Of a DNA stretch of 64,000 nucleotides, positions 48,306 to 59,790 are shown in pieces. The stretch comes from Chiloscyllium plagiosum (Eukaryota), in the NCBI RefSeq assembly GCF_004010195.1, contig NC_057718.1, forward strand, positions 85,290,580 to 85,354,579, in the 5' to 3' direction. The notes under the pieces are model-generated. The model saw only the letters and a program-made list of their open reading frames with translations, did not search any database and was not told the DNA's origin. The position numbers and the translations under genes were made by a program. Position 1 is the first letter of the stretch, and the number at the start of each line of letters is the position of its first letter.

Positions 48306-49463
48306 AAAGGGATGGCTGGATAATGGGAAATCTTCAGGAATGAGATAACGAGAATCCAGAGAAAGTATATTCTTGTTAGGGTGAAAGGCAAGGCTGGTAG
48401 GTATAGGGAATGCTGGATGACTAAAGAAATTGAGGGTTTGGTTAAGAAAATGAAGGAAGCATATGTAAGGTATAGACAGGATAGATCGAGTGAATCCTTA
48501 GAAGAGTATAAAGGAAGTAGGAGTATACATAAGAGGGGAAATCAGGAGGGCTTTGGCAAATAGAACTCAGGAGAATCCAGAGGGTTTTTACAAATACATT
48601 AAGGGCAAAAGGATAACTAGGGCGAGAATAGGGCCCCTCAAAGATCAGCAAGGCAGCATTTGTGTGGAGCCGCAGAATATGGGGGAGATACTAAACAAGT
48701 ATTTTGCATCAGTATTCACTATGGAAAAGGATATGGAAGGTATAGAATGTTGAGAAATAGATGGTGACACCTTACAAAATGTTCATGTTACAGAGGAGGA
48801 AGTGCTGGATGTCTTGAAACGTGTAAAGGTGGATAAATCCCCTGGACCTGATCAGGGATGGGCAGGACTGGCAGCTTAATGTTCCAGGATACAAATACTA
48901 CAGGAAGGATAGAAAGGGAGGCAAGAGAGGAGGGGGAGTGGCGTTACCCTAGATCACTGTGGGAAGCCAGAAAAGTGATTGCTGGGCCTCTTGCTGAGAT
49001 ATTTGTATCATCGATAGTCACAGGTGAGGTGTCGGAAGACTGGAGATTGGCTAACGTGGCCAAGGAACTATAGACCAGTGAGCCTGACGTCGGTGGTGGG
49101 CAACTTGTTGGAGGGAATCCTGAGGGATAGGATGTACATGTATTTGGAAAGGCAAGGACTGATTAGGGATAGTAATCATGGCTTTGTGTGTGGGAAATCA
49201 TGTCTCACAAACTTGATTGAGTTTTTCAAAGAAGCAACAAAGAGGATTGATGAGGGCAGAGCAGTAGATGTGATCTATATGGACTACAGTAAGGCGTTTG
49301 ACATAGTTCCTCATGGGAGACTGGTTAACAAGGTTAGATCTCATGGAATACAGGGAGAACTAGCCATTTTGATACAGAACTGGCTCATAGGTAGAAGACA
49401 GAGTGTGGTGGTGGAGGGTTGTTTTTCAGACTGGAGGCCTGTGACCAGTGGAGTGCCACAAGG

Positions 49464-49839
49464 NNNNNNNNNNNNNNNNNNNNNNNNNNNNNNNNNNNNN
49501 NNNNNNNNNNNNNNNNNNNNNNNNNNNNNNNNNNNNNNNNNNNNNNNNNNNNNNNNNNNNNNNNNNNNNNNNNNNNNNNNNNNNNNNNNNNNNNNNNNNN
49601 NNNNNNNNNNNNNNNNNNNNNNNNNNNNNNNNNNNNNNNNNNNNNNNNNNNNNNNNNNNNNNNNNNNNNNNNNNNNNNNNNNNNNNNNNNNNNNNNNNNN
49701 NNNNNNNNNNNNNNNNNNNNNNNNNNNNNNNNNNNNNNNNNNNNNNNNNNNNNNNNNNNNNNNNNNNNNNNNNNNNNNNNNNNNNNNNNNNNNNNNNNNN
49801 NNNNNNNNNNNNNNNNNNNNNNNNNNNNNNNNNNNNNNN
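49464..49839. other. Assembly gap
   Basis: Run of N inside the CR1 RT region. Confidence 1.
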
Positions 49840-50208
49840 CTGGAGTCGGGGAGTCCAGAAGTAGAGGGCATAGGTTTAGGGTGAGAGGGGAAAGATATAA
49901 AAGAGACCTAAGGGGCAACTTTTTCACACAGAGGGTGGTACGTGTATGGAATGAGCTGCCAGAGGAAGTGGTGGAGGCTGGTACAATTGCAACATTTAAA
50001 AGACATTTGGTTGGGCATAAGAGTAGAAAGGGCTTGGAGGGATATGGGCCGGGTGCTGGCAGGTGGAACTAAATTGGGTTAGGATATCTGGTTGGCATGG
50101 ACGGGTTGGACCGAAGGGTCTGTTTCCATGCTGTATATTTGAATGCCTCTATGACTCTAAGTGAGTTAAAGCAAACATAGCATTCATTAGTTGCTTGCAA
50201 TTACATTA

Positions 50209-50325
50209 GGGGCTCCTGCGGTGCAGTGGTAGTATCCCTATGTCCGAGTCAGTGGTCCTCAGTTCAAGTCACGCCTGACCCAGAGACCTACAATAACAAC
50301 AACTCTGAACTAATTGTTTAGAAAT
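50209..50325 (+). mobile_element. Short tRNA-derived SINE remnant
   Basis: GGTGCAGTGGTAG A-box and GTTCAAGTC B-box. A similar decayed copy lies near 39615-39700. Confidence 0.5.
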
Positions 50326-50970
50326 TCCAAGAATTACAGCATTGTGGTGGCCATTCAGCCCAACTGATCTACAACGGTGCTTATATGCAGCACAAGCCTT
50401 CTATCACTCTGCTTCATCTATCAACATGTCCCTTAATTCTCTTATGTGTTTATTTTACACTGCCTTAAATAAATCTGTTCTAATTACCTCAACAGCTGAT
50501 GGTGGTAGAAAGCTCCACATTCTAACCATTGTCTGGCTGAAGAGGTTTCTCCTCAATATTTTACTGGATTTATTAGTTAAATAACAAAATTTCAATTTTT
50601 ACCTCTTCATTTTAAAACCAGTCTGTCTTAGCCCATGAAGCTTTAGGAGATAAAGTCATTTCTAAAAATATTTTCTATTAGAGATAGATTATATAAGTAA
50701 TGTGATTCGATTGGTACTGAGTGAATATTAATCTCTGACAAAATCCTGCATTCTGAGAGCGTCATTTGATTTTCAGAAATAATGAAAACAAGGATTCTTA
50801 AAGGGACCATGCAGTGCAGTACTACGTATTGTTTTGTGAAAAACCATGCTTTTTCCCTACATTTTCTTGTGTTCTTCGATCTTGAATCGACATATTTAGG
50901 AGCAGTCTAAATATTCAAAACTCTTGTAAATGTACAGGAATGTACTACAGAAGATATGAAAATACAAGAA

Positions 50971-51255
50971 GGGGTGGCACGGTGGCACAGCAGTTAGCAC
51001 TGCTGCCTCACAGCGCCAGAGACCCGGGTTCAATTCCCCGCCTCAGACGACTGACTGTGTGGAGTTTGCACATTCTCCCCGTGTCTGTGTGGGTTTGCTC
51101 CGGTTTTCTCCAAAAATGTGCAGGTTATTGCTAAATTGCCTGTAGTGTTAGATGAAGGGGTAAATGTAGGAGAATGGGGTCTGGGTGGGTGGCGGATCGG
51201 TGTGGACTTGTTGGGTTGAAGGGCCTGTTTCCACACTGTAACTAATCTAATCTAA
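50971..51255 (+). mobile_element. HE1 V-SINE
   Basis: GGGGTGGCACGGTGGCACAG head, V-domain, and (CTAAT)n tail. Confidence 0.92.
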
Positions 51256-52299
51256 GAAAAAGTGTATTCAATAAGAAAAGTTGAATTATATATTGGGAAT
51301 GCTGGAGTCTACATATGTTTCATCTTTCAAATAGACTGGAATGTCTTAAAATTCAGGGATGTGATTTACAAAATCTGTTCAGGGTTAGATCTGGCTGAAA
51401 TAACTTCTGTGGAAATAGTTTACAAACAACTCCATATTTTAAATGTCACATTTCAATGCCATGCAAGGAAGTCATTTTCAGAAGTACAGGATAATAGAGA
51501 CAACTGCCTGATATCCTGGCATGTATTTTTTGCACTTCAGATGTAGGCTCACTTTCACAAAGTTGCTGGCAAAGTGGCAGTGGTTTTTGAATGACTACTG
51601 TCATCCTGAGAGAGGACTGTAGGTTCTTGCACCACTGAGAGCCACTGGTACTCTCTGGGCTGTGTCTTAGTAATCCTGGTAATCTGTTGAAGTATAGTTT
51701 GCTGGATGGTTGTGTGAGGTTGCATGCTCACAAGTTAGGTATGTATGGTAACAAGCATGGATTTCATGCCTTTCATCTGAATTTCTTTGCTTCTTTTGCA
51801 GCACAGATGTTTGCTGGCCTCTGCCTGCAGAGCAGTAGAAATTGAGGTTGCGCCCACCAGACATTGCTTCATAGCTGGGCAAGCAAATGCTGGCATGGAG
51901 CAAGTTCTTCTGTGTCACATTGTAACTGGCCTGGTCTATGATCCTTGACAGTGCCTAGACACTGTCTGGTAGGCATTCCAATGCATGTTCCATCTTTGTG
52001 TGTATGTTCATTAGTATTCTCCTGTATGCTGTCCCTGTCAAATTTCTCATCTTGGACCTCTGTAGAAAACCTACATGGGACCTGGCTTTCACCCAAAATG
52101 ATCTTTTCCACCAGACTTGCTGCAGCCCAATTGTGACTGCTGACCCACCGTGTGCTGATATAATCTTTATACTACCCCATATGTTTGCGCTGTGTCAGTA
52201 CCTGACCTTGTTGCTGTGAGGGTCAAACAGAGCAAAAGTATTCAAACAAACAGCAATAGGAAATTCTGGAGAAACTCGCCGATATCTGTGGCGAGAAAA

Positions 52300-52523
52300 T
52301 GATTTGGAGGTGCCGGTGATGGACTGGGTGTACAAAGTTAAAAAATCATACAACACCAGGTTATAAACCAACAGGTTTATTTGGAAGCACCAGCTTTCAG
52401 AGTGCTGCTCCTTCATCAGGTAGTTGTGGACTATAAGTTCATAAGACACAGAATTTATAGCAAAAGTTTACAGTGAGATGCAATTGAAATGATATATTGA
52501 AAAAGACCAGGATTGTTTGTTAA
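52300..52523 (-). mobile_element. Penelope family N terminal repeat with hammerhead
   Basis: Colinear with 1697-1890. Minus-strand CTGATGA (52419) AGGAGCAGCACTCT GAAAGCTG. Confidence 0.85.
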
Positions 52524-52526
52524 TGA

Positions 52527-52645
52527 TTAATTAGATTAGATTCCCAACAGTGTGAAAACAGGCCCTTCGGCCCAACAAGTCCACACCGACCCTCTGAAGA
52601 GTGACCCACTCAGACCCATTTCCCCCTGACTAAGGCACCTAACAC
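52527..52645 (-). mobile_element. HE1 3' fragment
   Basis: GGTCGGTGTGGACTTGTTGGGCCGAAGGGCCTGTTT plus (TAATC)n. Confidence 0.85.
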
Positions 52646-53858
52646 TGAATATTATGCCTGAATCCAGACTGTTCAGGACTGCTGCTAGATCAATGATGGA
52701 GTGTGGTGAACTGAACAACATGTGTGGTTGGTGATGTAGCATGTCAGAGATGCCCTTTGACAATGCTGATTTGGATTACATGTCATTGAACTTTTTGTGG
52801 CACTGTTACCAGATTTGAGGGACTAGGCTCTATCAGTTGACATCCCTGGCCATCTGCTTCCATTTCTTTCTGATAGTGCTCTCTTATGGCCTCCTGGTCC
52901 CTCTCATTACCTTACCACCATGGAAGCACCACCTCTCTGCTCCAGCTGACCTCCATCACTGAATGACACATCCATAAATCTCTTCCCAGGAAATAAATTC
53001 ATTTGGCTCCTGCTTTTTAGCCATTTTCACAACCAGCAGTGATCAACAACCTCCTTTCAATGAGTGTGCTTTCCTTTGCAAGGAGAGATTGTTTACCTTT
53101 AAGTGGAACAGGATATCTTGAATACTTGCTAATCACACACATTGCTAGGTGCCCTGTTGAGCATTCAGTCAGCCAGGTGTCTGATATTTGCTTAGCTGAA
53201 TTATGGAAATAAACAGGCAACAGAGCAAAGTAGGGGAGTGGGGAATGGGTCACATCTGGAGCAGGTCCAGGTCCAGAGGTAAGTAGGATCCCAGCTAGGT
53301 AGCTGCCAGAGCTCCAGGTATGTAGCGTGCCAGGTGGATAAGGTGCCAGGGATGGATGCCAGGGGAAGGATGCCAGGTGGATAGGGTGCAAGGTGCAAAG
53401 GAGCCAGGTAAGTGACATAGCATTCAGGATTGGTCAGGATGGCTGGGTGAACTTGGATCAGGCGAGATCCCTGCTCTGCACTTGACCTTGACACCCTACT
53501 TAACTGACTCTCACAGTCTTATCTATGTCTTAGAAAAAGCATTGTCCAAATAACAAAGGCATTCCTGACAGAAGAATCGATGGAGAAGGCACAGAACATT
53601 CCGGAAGACACATAACCTGGCTGTAATTTCGAGAGATTAAACTCTATTTCTTTTATAGATGAGTGGGACTTGCATTTATTGGAACAGCATACATTAGAAT
53701 CTTGCTTTATTCAGAAATTGTTAGTAGTAGTTAGAAGGGAATCATTTGATTTCTTAATAGTTTAGTTAATTTGTTCACTGTTAGAGTTAGATAAATAAAT
53801 TGTCACTTGTTGATTTCAAAATGAGTGTCAGTTGATTTATTTAACCGCTATAAGTTTT

Positions 53859-54175
53859 ATTAGATTAAATTCCCTATAGTGTGGAAACAGGCCCTTTGGT
53901 CCAACCAGTCCACACCGACCCTCTGAAGAGTAACCCACCCAGACCCATTTCCTTCTGACTAATGCACCTAGCACTATGGGCAATTTAACAAGGCCACTTC
54001 ACCTGACCTGCACATCTTTGGACTGTGGGAGGAAACGGAGCATCCAGAGAAAACCCACGCAGACACAGGGAGAACATGCAAACTCCCCACAGACAGTCAC
54101 CTGAGGCTAGAATCGAACCTGTGACCCTGGTGCTATGAGGCAGCAGTGCTAACCACTGAGCCACCATGTCACCCC
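53859..54175 (-). mobile_element. HE1 V-SINE, full length, fused to the 3' end of a U1 copy
   Basis: Head GGGGTGACATGGTGGCTCAGTGGTTAGCAC starts at 54175. V-domain present; tail CCACACTATAGGGAATTTAATCTAAT. Confidence 0.93.
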
Positions 54176-54328
54176 AGAGCACAAATGCAGTCCCCCATTA
54201 CCACAAATTTTGTAGTCGAGTATCCCACATTTGGGGATATCGCAGGCATCAGCACACCAAGAGTACAATGGGATAGCCTCGTCCTGGGAGAACCACCTTA
54301 CTGATCATGGTATGTCCCCTGCCATGTA
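54176..54328 (-). pseudogene. RNU1: U1 snRNA pseudogene
   Basis: Minus strand TTACATGGCAGGGGACATACCATGATCAGTAAGGTGGTTCTCCCAGG...CCCCAAATGTGGGATACTCGAC...AATTTGTGG (Sm site) TAATGGGGGACTGC is colinear with vertebrate U1. The 5' splice-site-pairing sequence, U1-70K loop and U1A loop are mutated, and the terminal CCCCTG is missing. Confidence 0.95.
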
Positions 54329-54804
54329 ATTTGCTGGGAGAAAGTGGAGACTGTTCACTAGAAGTTTCTGAAAAGTGGGTTACATCACTTTTCACACACC
54401 TTTTACAGATTGCAGGGTGAAGCACTGCTCTTTGTTTTTAGTTCTCAGAGAAGGGTCAACCTCCACTTTATAACACCAGTGGAATCTTCAATTCATGTGC
54501 AAATCCTTTGTAGTCTGCTATTATGGGAATTCCACAGGATTTCTGTGCACAACTCCCCTTGACGCTGGAATAACAACTGTCTGGCCACTGGAAAATCTAG
54601 ATCAGATGTGCAAATGATAGTTCATAGCCCAGGGATTACATAAAATAAACACTTTTACTTTCCTATTGTGGATCGAATCTTTAAAGCATTAAATTTAGGT
54701 CTATAATTTTTTATCGGTTACATTTTAGTGGCATTTTAGTACAGGAATCAATTCTAGATTACTAATTAACTGTATTAGTATGAAGATTGACTAAATTCAA
54801 ATAA

Positions 54805-54938
54805 TGATTCCTGATGAAGGGCTTTTGCCCGAAACGTCGATTTCCCTGCTTCTTGGATGCTGCCTGACCTGTTGTGCTTTTCCAGCACCACTCTAATCTT
54901 GACTCTGATCTCTAGCATCTGCAGTCCTCACTTTCACT
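54805..54938 (+). mobile_element. Solo Penelope pseudo-LTR (family A) with TSD
   Basis: 13-bp flanking repeat TAAATT(C/T)AAATAA at 54792-54804 and 54939-54951. Confidence 0.88.
54807..54842 (+). ncRNA. Minimal type I hammerhead ribozyme motif
   Basis: CTGATGA (54811-54817), A, stem II GGGC-TTTT-GCCC, GAAA, palindromic ACGT stem III, and GTC cleavage triplet ending at 54838. Stem I is weak and activity is untested. Confidence 0.75.
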
Positions 54939-55439
54939 TAAATTTAAATAACTATAAGATGATTAAACCTTTTAAAATACTATATGATAACAAATAGCTG
55001 TATGGTTCCCCCACTTAAACTCAGGATATGCAAACAAATATTTTATAAAAAATATATTTACAATCCAGTACAAATTTGAAGGCTTTCTGTATCTTGTTTC
55101 AACCTTAGAGGAACTTGTTTTTAAGAGAATGCAACTCTGTATCTGTGTTGCTGTGTTACGAAAAAGTACACTTATTATCCAGTTTGAAAGAAATTCAACT
55201 GCTGTCTGGAGCTTAGCAAAACAGGTTTGCTGTGAAAAGTTTTTCTCAACTTGAAAAAAGGTCTATTTTTAATAAACGTTATCAATTATGTCTTAATTTA
55301 CTTTCAATGTATCAACTGTCTTCAAGCTATTCTTACAGGTGTTTGGCTGACTGCCAAAAGGAAGACTTTCAAGGCTTCTACATGAATCCCCTGCTGGCCG
55401 TACAGCACATATGAGCTTCTTGGCAACAATTCAAATCTA

Positions 55440-56935
55440 TGTTAGGAATACTTCTATTCAATTTACATGTATGTTCCCCAAGCTCCCAGTGGCCTGCCAT
55501 TTTAAATTGCCGCCTTACTCTCAAGCTGACATCCTTGGTCTAAGGCCTTCACCTGGATGGAGGTGATTAAATGTTCCCTGCCAGCAAACTTGCAGTGAGG
55601 AAAGGCACTCACTTTTGCCCATTGTTTCAGCCTGCTCCTTCCCAACTAGAATGGTTTCTTCCTTTTTTTTCAGTTTCTTTTCTTCCCTTGTCCGATCTCT
55701 CCCCAACCACACCTTCCAATGTTCTTCTGATGCTGTTTCCTTTGCAATGTGGACTTTCAATCTCACTACATCTCCATCCTTAATCAGGTCTGTTTGAGAG
55801 CTCTGCCCTGGTTCCTTCCATGGAGTTGTGACTCGTTTCCTTCAATCATCTCTCTCCTCTGCCTGGCTGAACTTGTTCACACATTGAACAACATCTCTTT
55901 TATATCATCCCACTTCCTCCCACTTTGTGATGGCTACTCACATGCGTCCTACCTAATCCTACATTTTATGGGACATGGAACATCACTATTGCTTTCTTCC
56001 TCAGGCCAACTCTCTCAAGTCTTTCTCTGGTGACAGTATCAGTGCCAATTCCCACTCTTGTCCTCAGCTGGAAAAGTTTGCTACACTTTCCATTCTTTGC
56101 TCACCTTCACATGGTCTATTTCAAACCCTTCCATTCCCTTGCTTGACTCCTCTGTCTCCCTTTCTCAGGATAGGCTATTCTTTATAACCCCGCTGATTCA
56201 CACAGTTACCTTAACTACACTTTCTCGTACTATACAATCTCTGACGATTCCATTTGCCCAACTCCTCTGTCTCTTGTTCCATTTATTCCAATGATGTAAC
56301 CTTCTGAAATAGCACCTCCAATATATCTTCCTTTCTCCTCAACCAAACATTCCTAGTCAGCATGATCAGCAGGACACTTGACTGTGACTGATCCATTCCC
56401 TATACTTATTTCTCACCTCTTCTACTCAATCCCAGAAGCACAATAATGCCGCTCCTTTTTTTTCATCAACTGCCCTAACAGCCTCTGTATTTAATGAATT
56501 ATCCTTCACTGTTTTCATCACCTCCAAGATGATACCACCACTAAATAAAATTGCCCCTCCCACTGCAGCACTTGAATTCCACTTCTCTAATATCTCCAGT
56601 GCTACATTCCATTACCTTGGCATATTGCCTTAATGCCCCAACACACCTTCCAGGTGAAGCAGCAATTTATATTTACTTCTCCAATTTAATGTATTGCCCT
56701 ATCACCATTTGCTTTGGTCCTGTAAATACTAACTGACTAACTCTTCTGTCATTAATCTCTCCTTTCTTCCATTCTGCCAAAGCGCTTTCTTTGGCACCTT
56801 CCTGGATTGGGATGAAAGGTCATTGACCTGAAATTTTAACTCAGTTTCTCTCTGCATTGATGCTGCCAGATAAGATGAATATTTCCATTGCTTTCTGTTT
56901 TTATTTCCGATTTCCAGCACGTGCAGTTTTCTCTT
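55440..56935 (+). mobile_element. Old Penelope-like element
   Basis: LLCLAELVHTLNNISF...FHSLLTFTWSISNPSIPLLD. Terminal repeat has degenerate GGATGAAAGGTCATTGACCTGAAA at ~56810. Confidence 0.7.
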
Positions 56936-57289
56936 TTTGAGAATGAAAGTAGCTGCTTTTTTCAAGCATTTACAAACTTTACAGGCTTATTTTCCCAGCA
57001 TCTTGTATTTCTCTTGGCTTCTTTTTGCCCTCTGCTGTCAAGCTGGCTTAGGAGTCCATAACATATGTAGCAGTCAGCTGTGCATGAGTGATTAAGAAAC
57101 TCAAAGCAGTAAATGTCCACAAGGCAATGGCCCAGATGGACTGACATCTTCTCTGGCAAAAGTGAAAACAAGGGCGATGAGCTGCTTAATACTTTCACAA
57201 GCTCTGTAAGTACTTGAGAATTGCAGATTAGTTCAAATAATTGCAAATGTTCCACAGTGAGTACAGGAAATTAATCAGAAAGATTTGAA

Positions 57290-57555
57290 AAGAAAGACTT
57301 GCATTTACACAGCACCTTTCAGAACCCCAGCACATTCAAAGCAATTTGCAGCCAAATTTGAAGCATTTTTTAGTGTCACAGTAAATTTATACTTAGCAAG
57401 ATCCCACAAACTGTAATGAGCACAAAAGTTTAACAAGAGAGGTAAATCATTGACCAGGCCACCTCAAGGAAAAGTCCTCTGCTGTTCCTTGCAATAATAC
57501 TGTGAATCTTTACACCATCCGTACAGGGCAGTTTAATTGTGCATCTGAAGACATG
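57290..57555 (-). mobile_element. DeuSINE remnant
   Basis: GAAAGACTTGCATTTACACAGCACCTTTC (L2-type tail, reverse strand) and CAAGATCCCACAAAC. Confidence 0.6.
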
Positions 57556-58404
57556 AATTGACCTGAGGTGCAGATCAGCCATGAGATAATTGAATATCAA
57601 AACTGGATTGAGAGTTGCGTGACCCACAGGGACAGTCCAGTTACAAAGAGAATGTTTAATGATGGGTTTTGTTGTCCCTACCTAGTAATAGTGAGTCAAT
57701 TTTAAAATTGCGTCATTTTCTATGATGTATCTTGCTACATTCTGAAGGCACGAAATGAGAAATATAAATGTTAATGAATGTTGTTGATAAGATACAGAAT
57801 CACCTAAGTCTTACAGTACAGAGGGAGGCCATTGTGCTCTTCAACTGAGCATGATTACCTATGGCCAATCTCCTTCTTTTTCCCCATATCCTTGCACATT
57901 ATTCTATCCAAGGGATCATCCTGGTCCCTCTTGAATGCCTTGATTGAACCTGTCTTCACCACACTTCCACTTCGTGCATTCTATACCCTAAGTAACATGT
58001 CTTTTTTTCTTGTATCATCTTTGCTTCTCCAACAGTACTCCAGTTGAGGTTTATCAAGTGACCAATGCTCTTCAGAACATTTCTAAAGAATCCAAATTAA
58101 AAGGGAAAAATCAATATATATGGTGTATGAGAGAAAAGTGCTGATCAGTTGGCAAATCAACTTTGGTAGAGATGTTGCCTTGGAAAATGCACTGGTTATT
58201 GCTGATCGACAGTTAACAGTTAGATTTTACCAGGCAGGTTGAATCTGGTTGGTCAGAGTATCGTCCCAGGATAAATTAATATGCTACCTATGTTGTTGAG
58301 ATTAAACAGGCACAGTAAATGCACGTGCTCTTTCTATCTGCAAACAACAGGGTGACGTATATTAATATATATAACTTATAGAACATAGACGTACATCGCC
58401 AGTG

Positions 58405-59085
58405 TTAGGATCGCAATTATGTACATTATTTATTATGTGAATAATAGAAAGCCATATATCCAAACTTGTTGATGACACAAAGTTAGGTGGCATTGTAGAC
58501 GATAGCATAAAATTACAAGGGGATATGATAGCATAGGAGAATGGGCAAAACTGTGGCAGGTGGAGTTCAATGTAAGCAAGTATGGGTTATCCATTTTGTA
58601 CTGAAATTGGATAGATTAGAGTACTTTCAAGATTGGATGAAGTTAATTACAGGCATGTCCAAAGAGACTTGGGGTTCAAGCGCATAGATCTTTAAAATGA
58701 CACAGACTGGTTTAAAAAATAACCAAGAACACTAATGGAATGCTGGCCTTTATATTTAGAAGACTGCAGTATAAGTATGCAGAGGTTGCGCTGCAGTTAT
58801 ACAAAACCGTGGTTAGAACTCATTTGGAGTACTGTGAGCAGATGTGAACACCACACCTTAGGAAGAATATGTTGGCCTTGGGGGGGGGGATGCAATGTAG
58901 GTTTACAGGAATGATACCTGGAATTCAGGGGTTAAATTATGAGAAGAGATTATATAAATTAGGCCGATTTCTTTTCTGGAATTTAGAAGATTATGGGATG
59001 ATCCAGTTGAGGTCTTTCAGATATCAACAGGAAAAGACAGTGTAGATACAAATAAATTATTTCCATTTGTTCGGCATTCTAGAAA
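58405..59085 (+). mobile_element. Old CR1 RT/C-terminal fragment
   Basis: ISKLVDDTKLGG...WAKLWQVEFNVSK...YKTVVRTHLEYC. Confidence 0.8.
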
Positions 59086-59229
59086 CCACAGAATATCCAC
59101 ACTGCTTAGTCTGCTGTTAAACCACATTTTAAAAAATACCTATAGGATGACTGTAGCTCTTTTTAGTAGGAGCCATCAAGACTAGTTTGACAAAAATGAT
59201 CAGAAGGTCCAAGAGCTACTAAATCATAA

Positions 59230-59790
59230 GCATAAGGTGCTCTTGCACAGGAGGTAGCACCAAAACATGAGGGAAGGAAAGCAGATCTACAGAGAAATGG
59301 AGGCTGAGGTACAACTAAAAGCCTGTGAACTGAAGAATAGATGATGGCTGAAAGTGTGCATGAAATCTGGCAACTCGCCAGAACCCTGAAGCATGTGGAT
59401 TCGTCAATGTAATAAGGGCCTATCTCACTGACAGATGAGAATAAAGAGGTGCTCATGAAGGACACTGAGAGAGTGAGCACCCATTGGAAGCAGCACTTCA
59501 AAGATCTCCTCAACTGAGATTCAGCCCTTGACATTGCTGCCCTACAGCATAGTACCTGTGATCATCTCAGCAAAAACCCTAGCCCAATGAGTTTGGAAGG
59601 TCATTTGACAGGTAGGATCCCACAAGGCTGGCAGCATAGTTGGGATCCCTGCTGAAAATAAAGTAGGGAGGGAAGAAGGGGAAATAGTCTTTGCTCAAAT
59701 ACATGACCTCATCTCCCTCAACGTGAAGGGGAAGAAAATGCGGAGGATCTCTGAGATGTGACCATTTGCAAGAAAGGAGGAAAAAAACAA
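59230..59790 (+). mobile_element. RTE-like LINE fragment
   Basis: HWKQHFKDLLN and GIPAE...IHDLIS...VTICKKG are recognisable in mixed frames. Confidence 0.55.

Larger units (their letters stand above)
46330..50160 (+). mobile_element. Near full-length HER1/CR1 LINE, inactivated
   Basis: ORF1 SGNH/GDSL esterase remnant (SIVLEDSLV, VIVHIGTNDVG, DGLHLN). ORF2 endonuclease from ~47230 (YRKDR...RGGGVA), RT NYRPVSLTSVV...YMDYSKAFD...SGVPQ, and tail CTCTATGACTCT. Contains an HE1 insert, an internal duplication and an N gap. Confidence 0.93.

Noticed and set aside
49024..50072. Long ORFs spanning the N run
   Set aside because: Artefacts of the assembly gap inside a CR1.
53230..53460. GCCAGG-rich periodic tract with ORFs
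   Set aside because: Degenerate short tandem repeat with no support for coding.
54176..54328. Functional U1 or variant U1 gene
   Set aside because: ACTTACCTG is altered, protein-binding loops are mutated, stem-loop IV is incomplete, and no 3' box or clear PSE is present.
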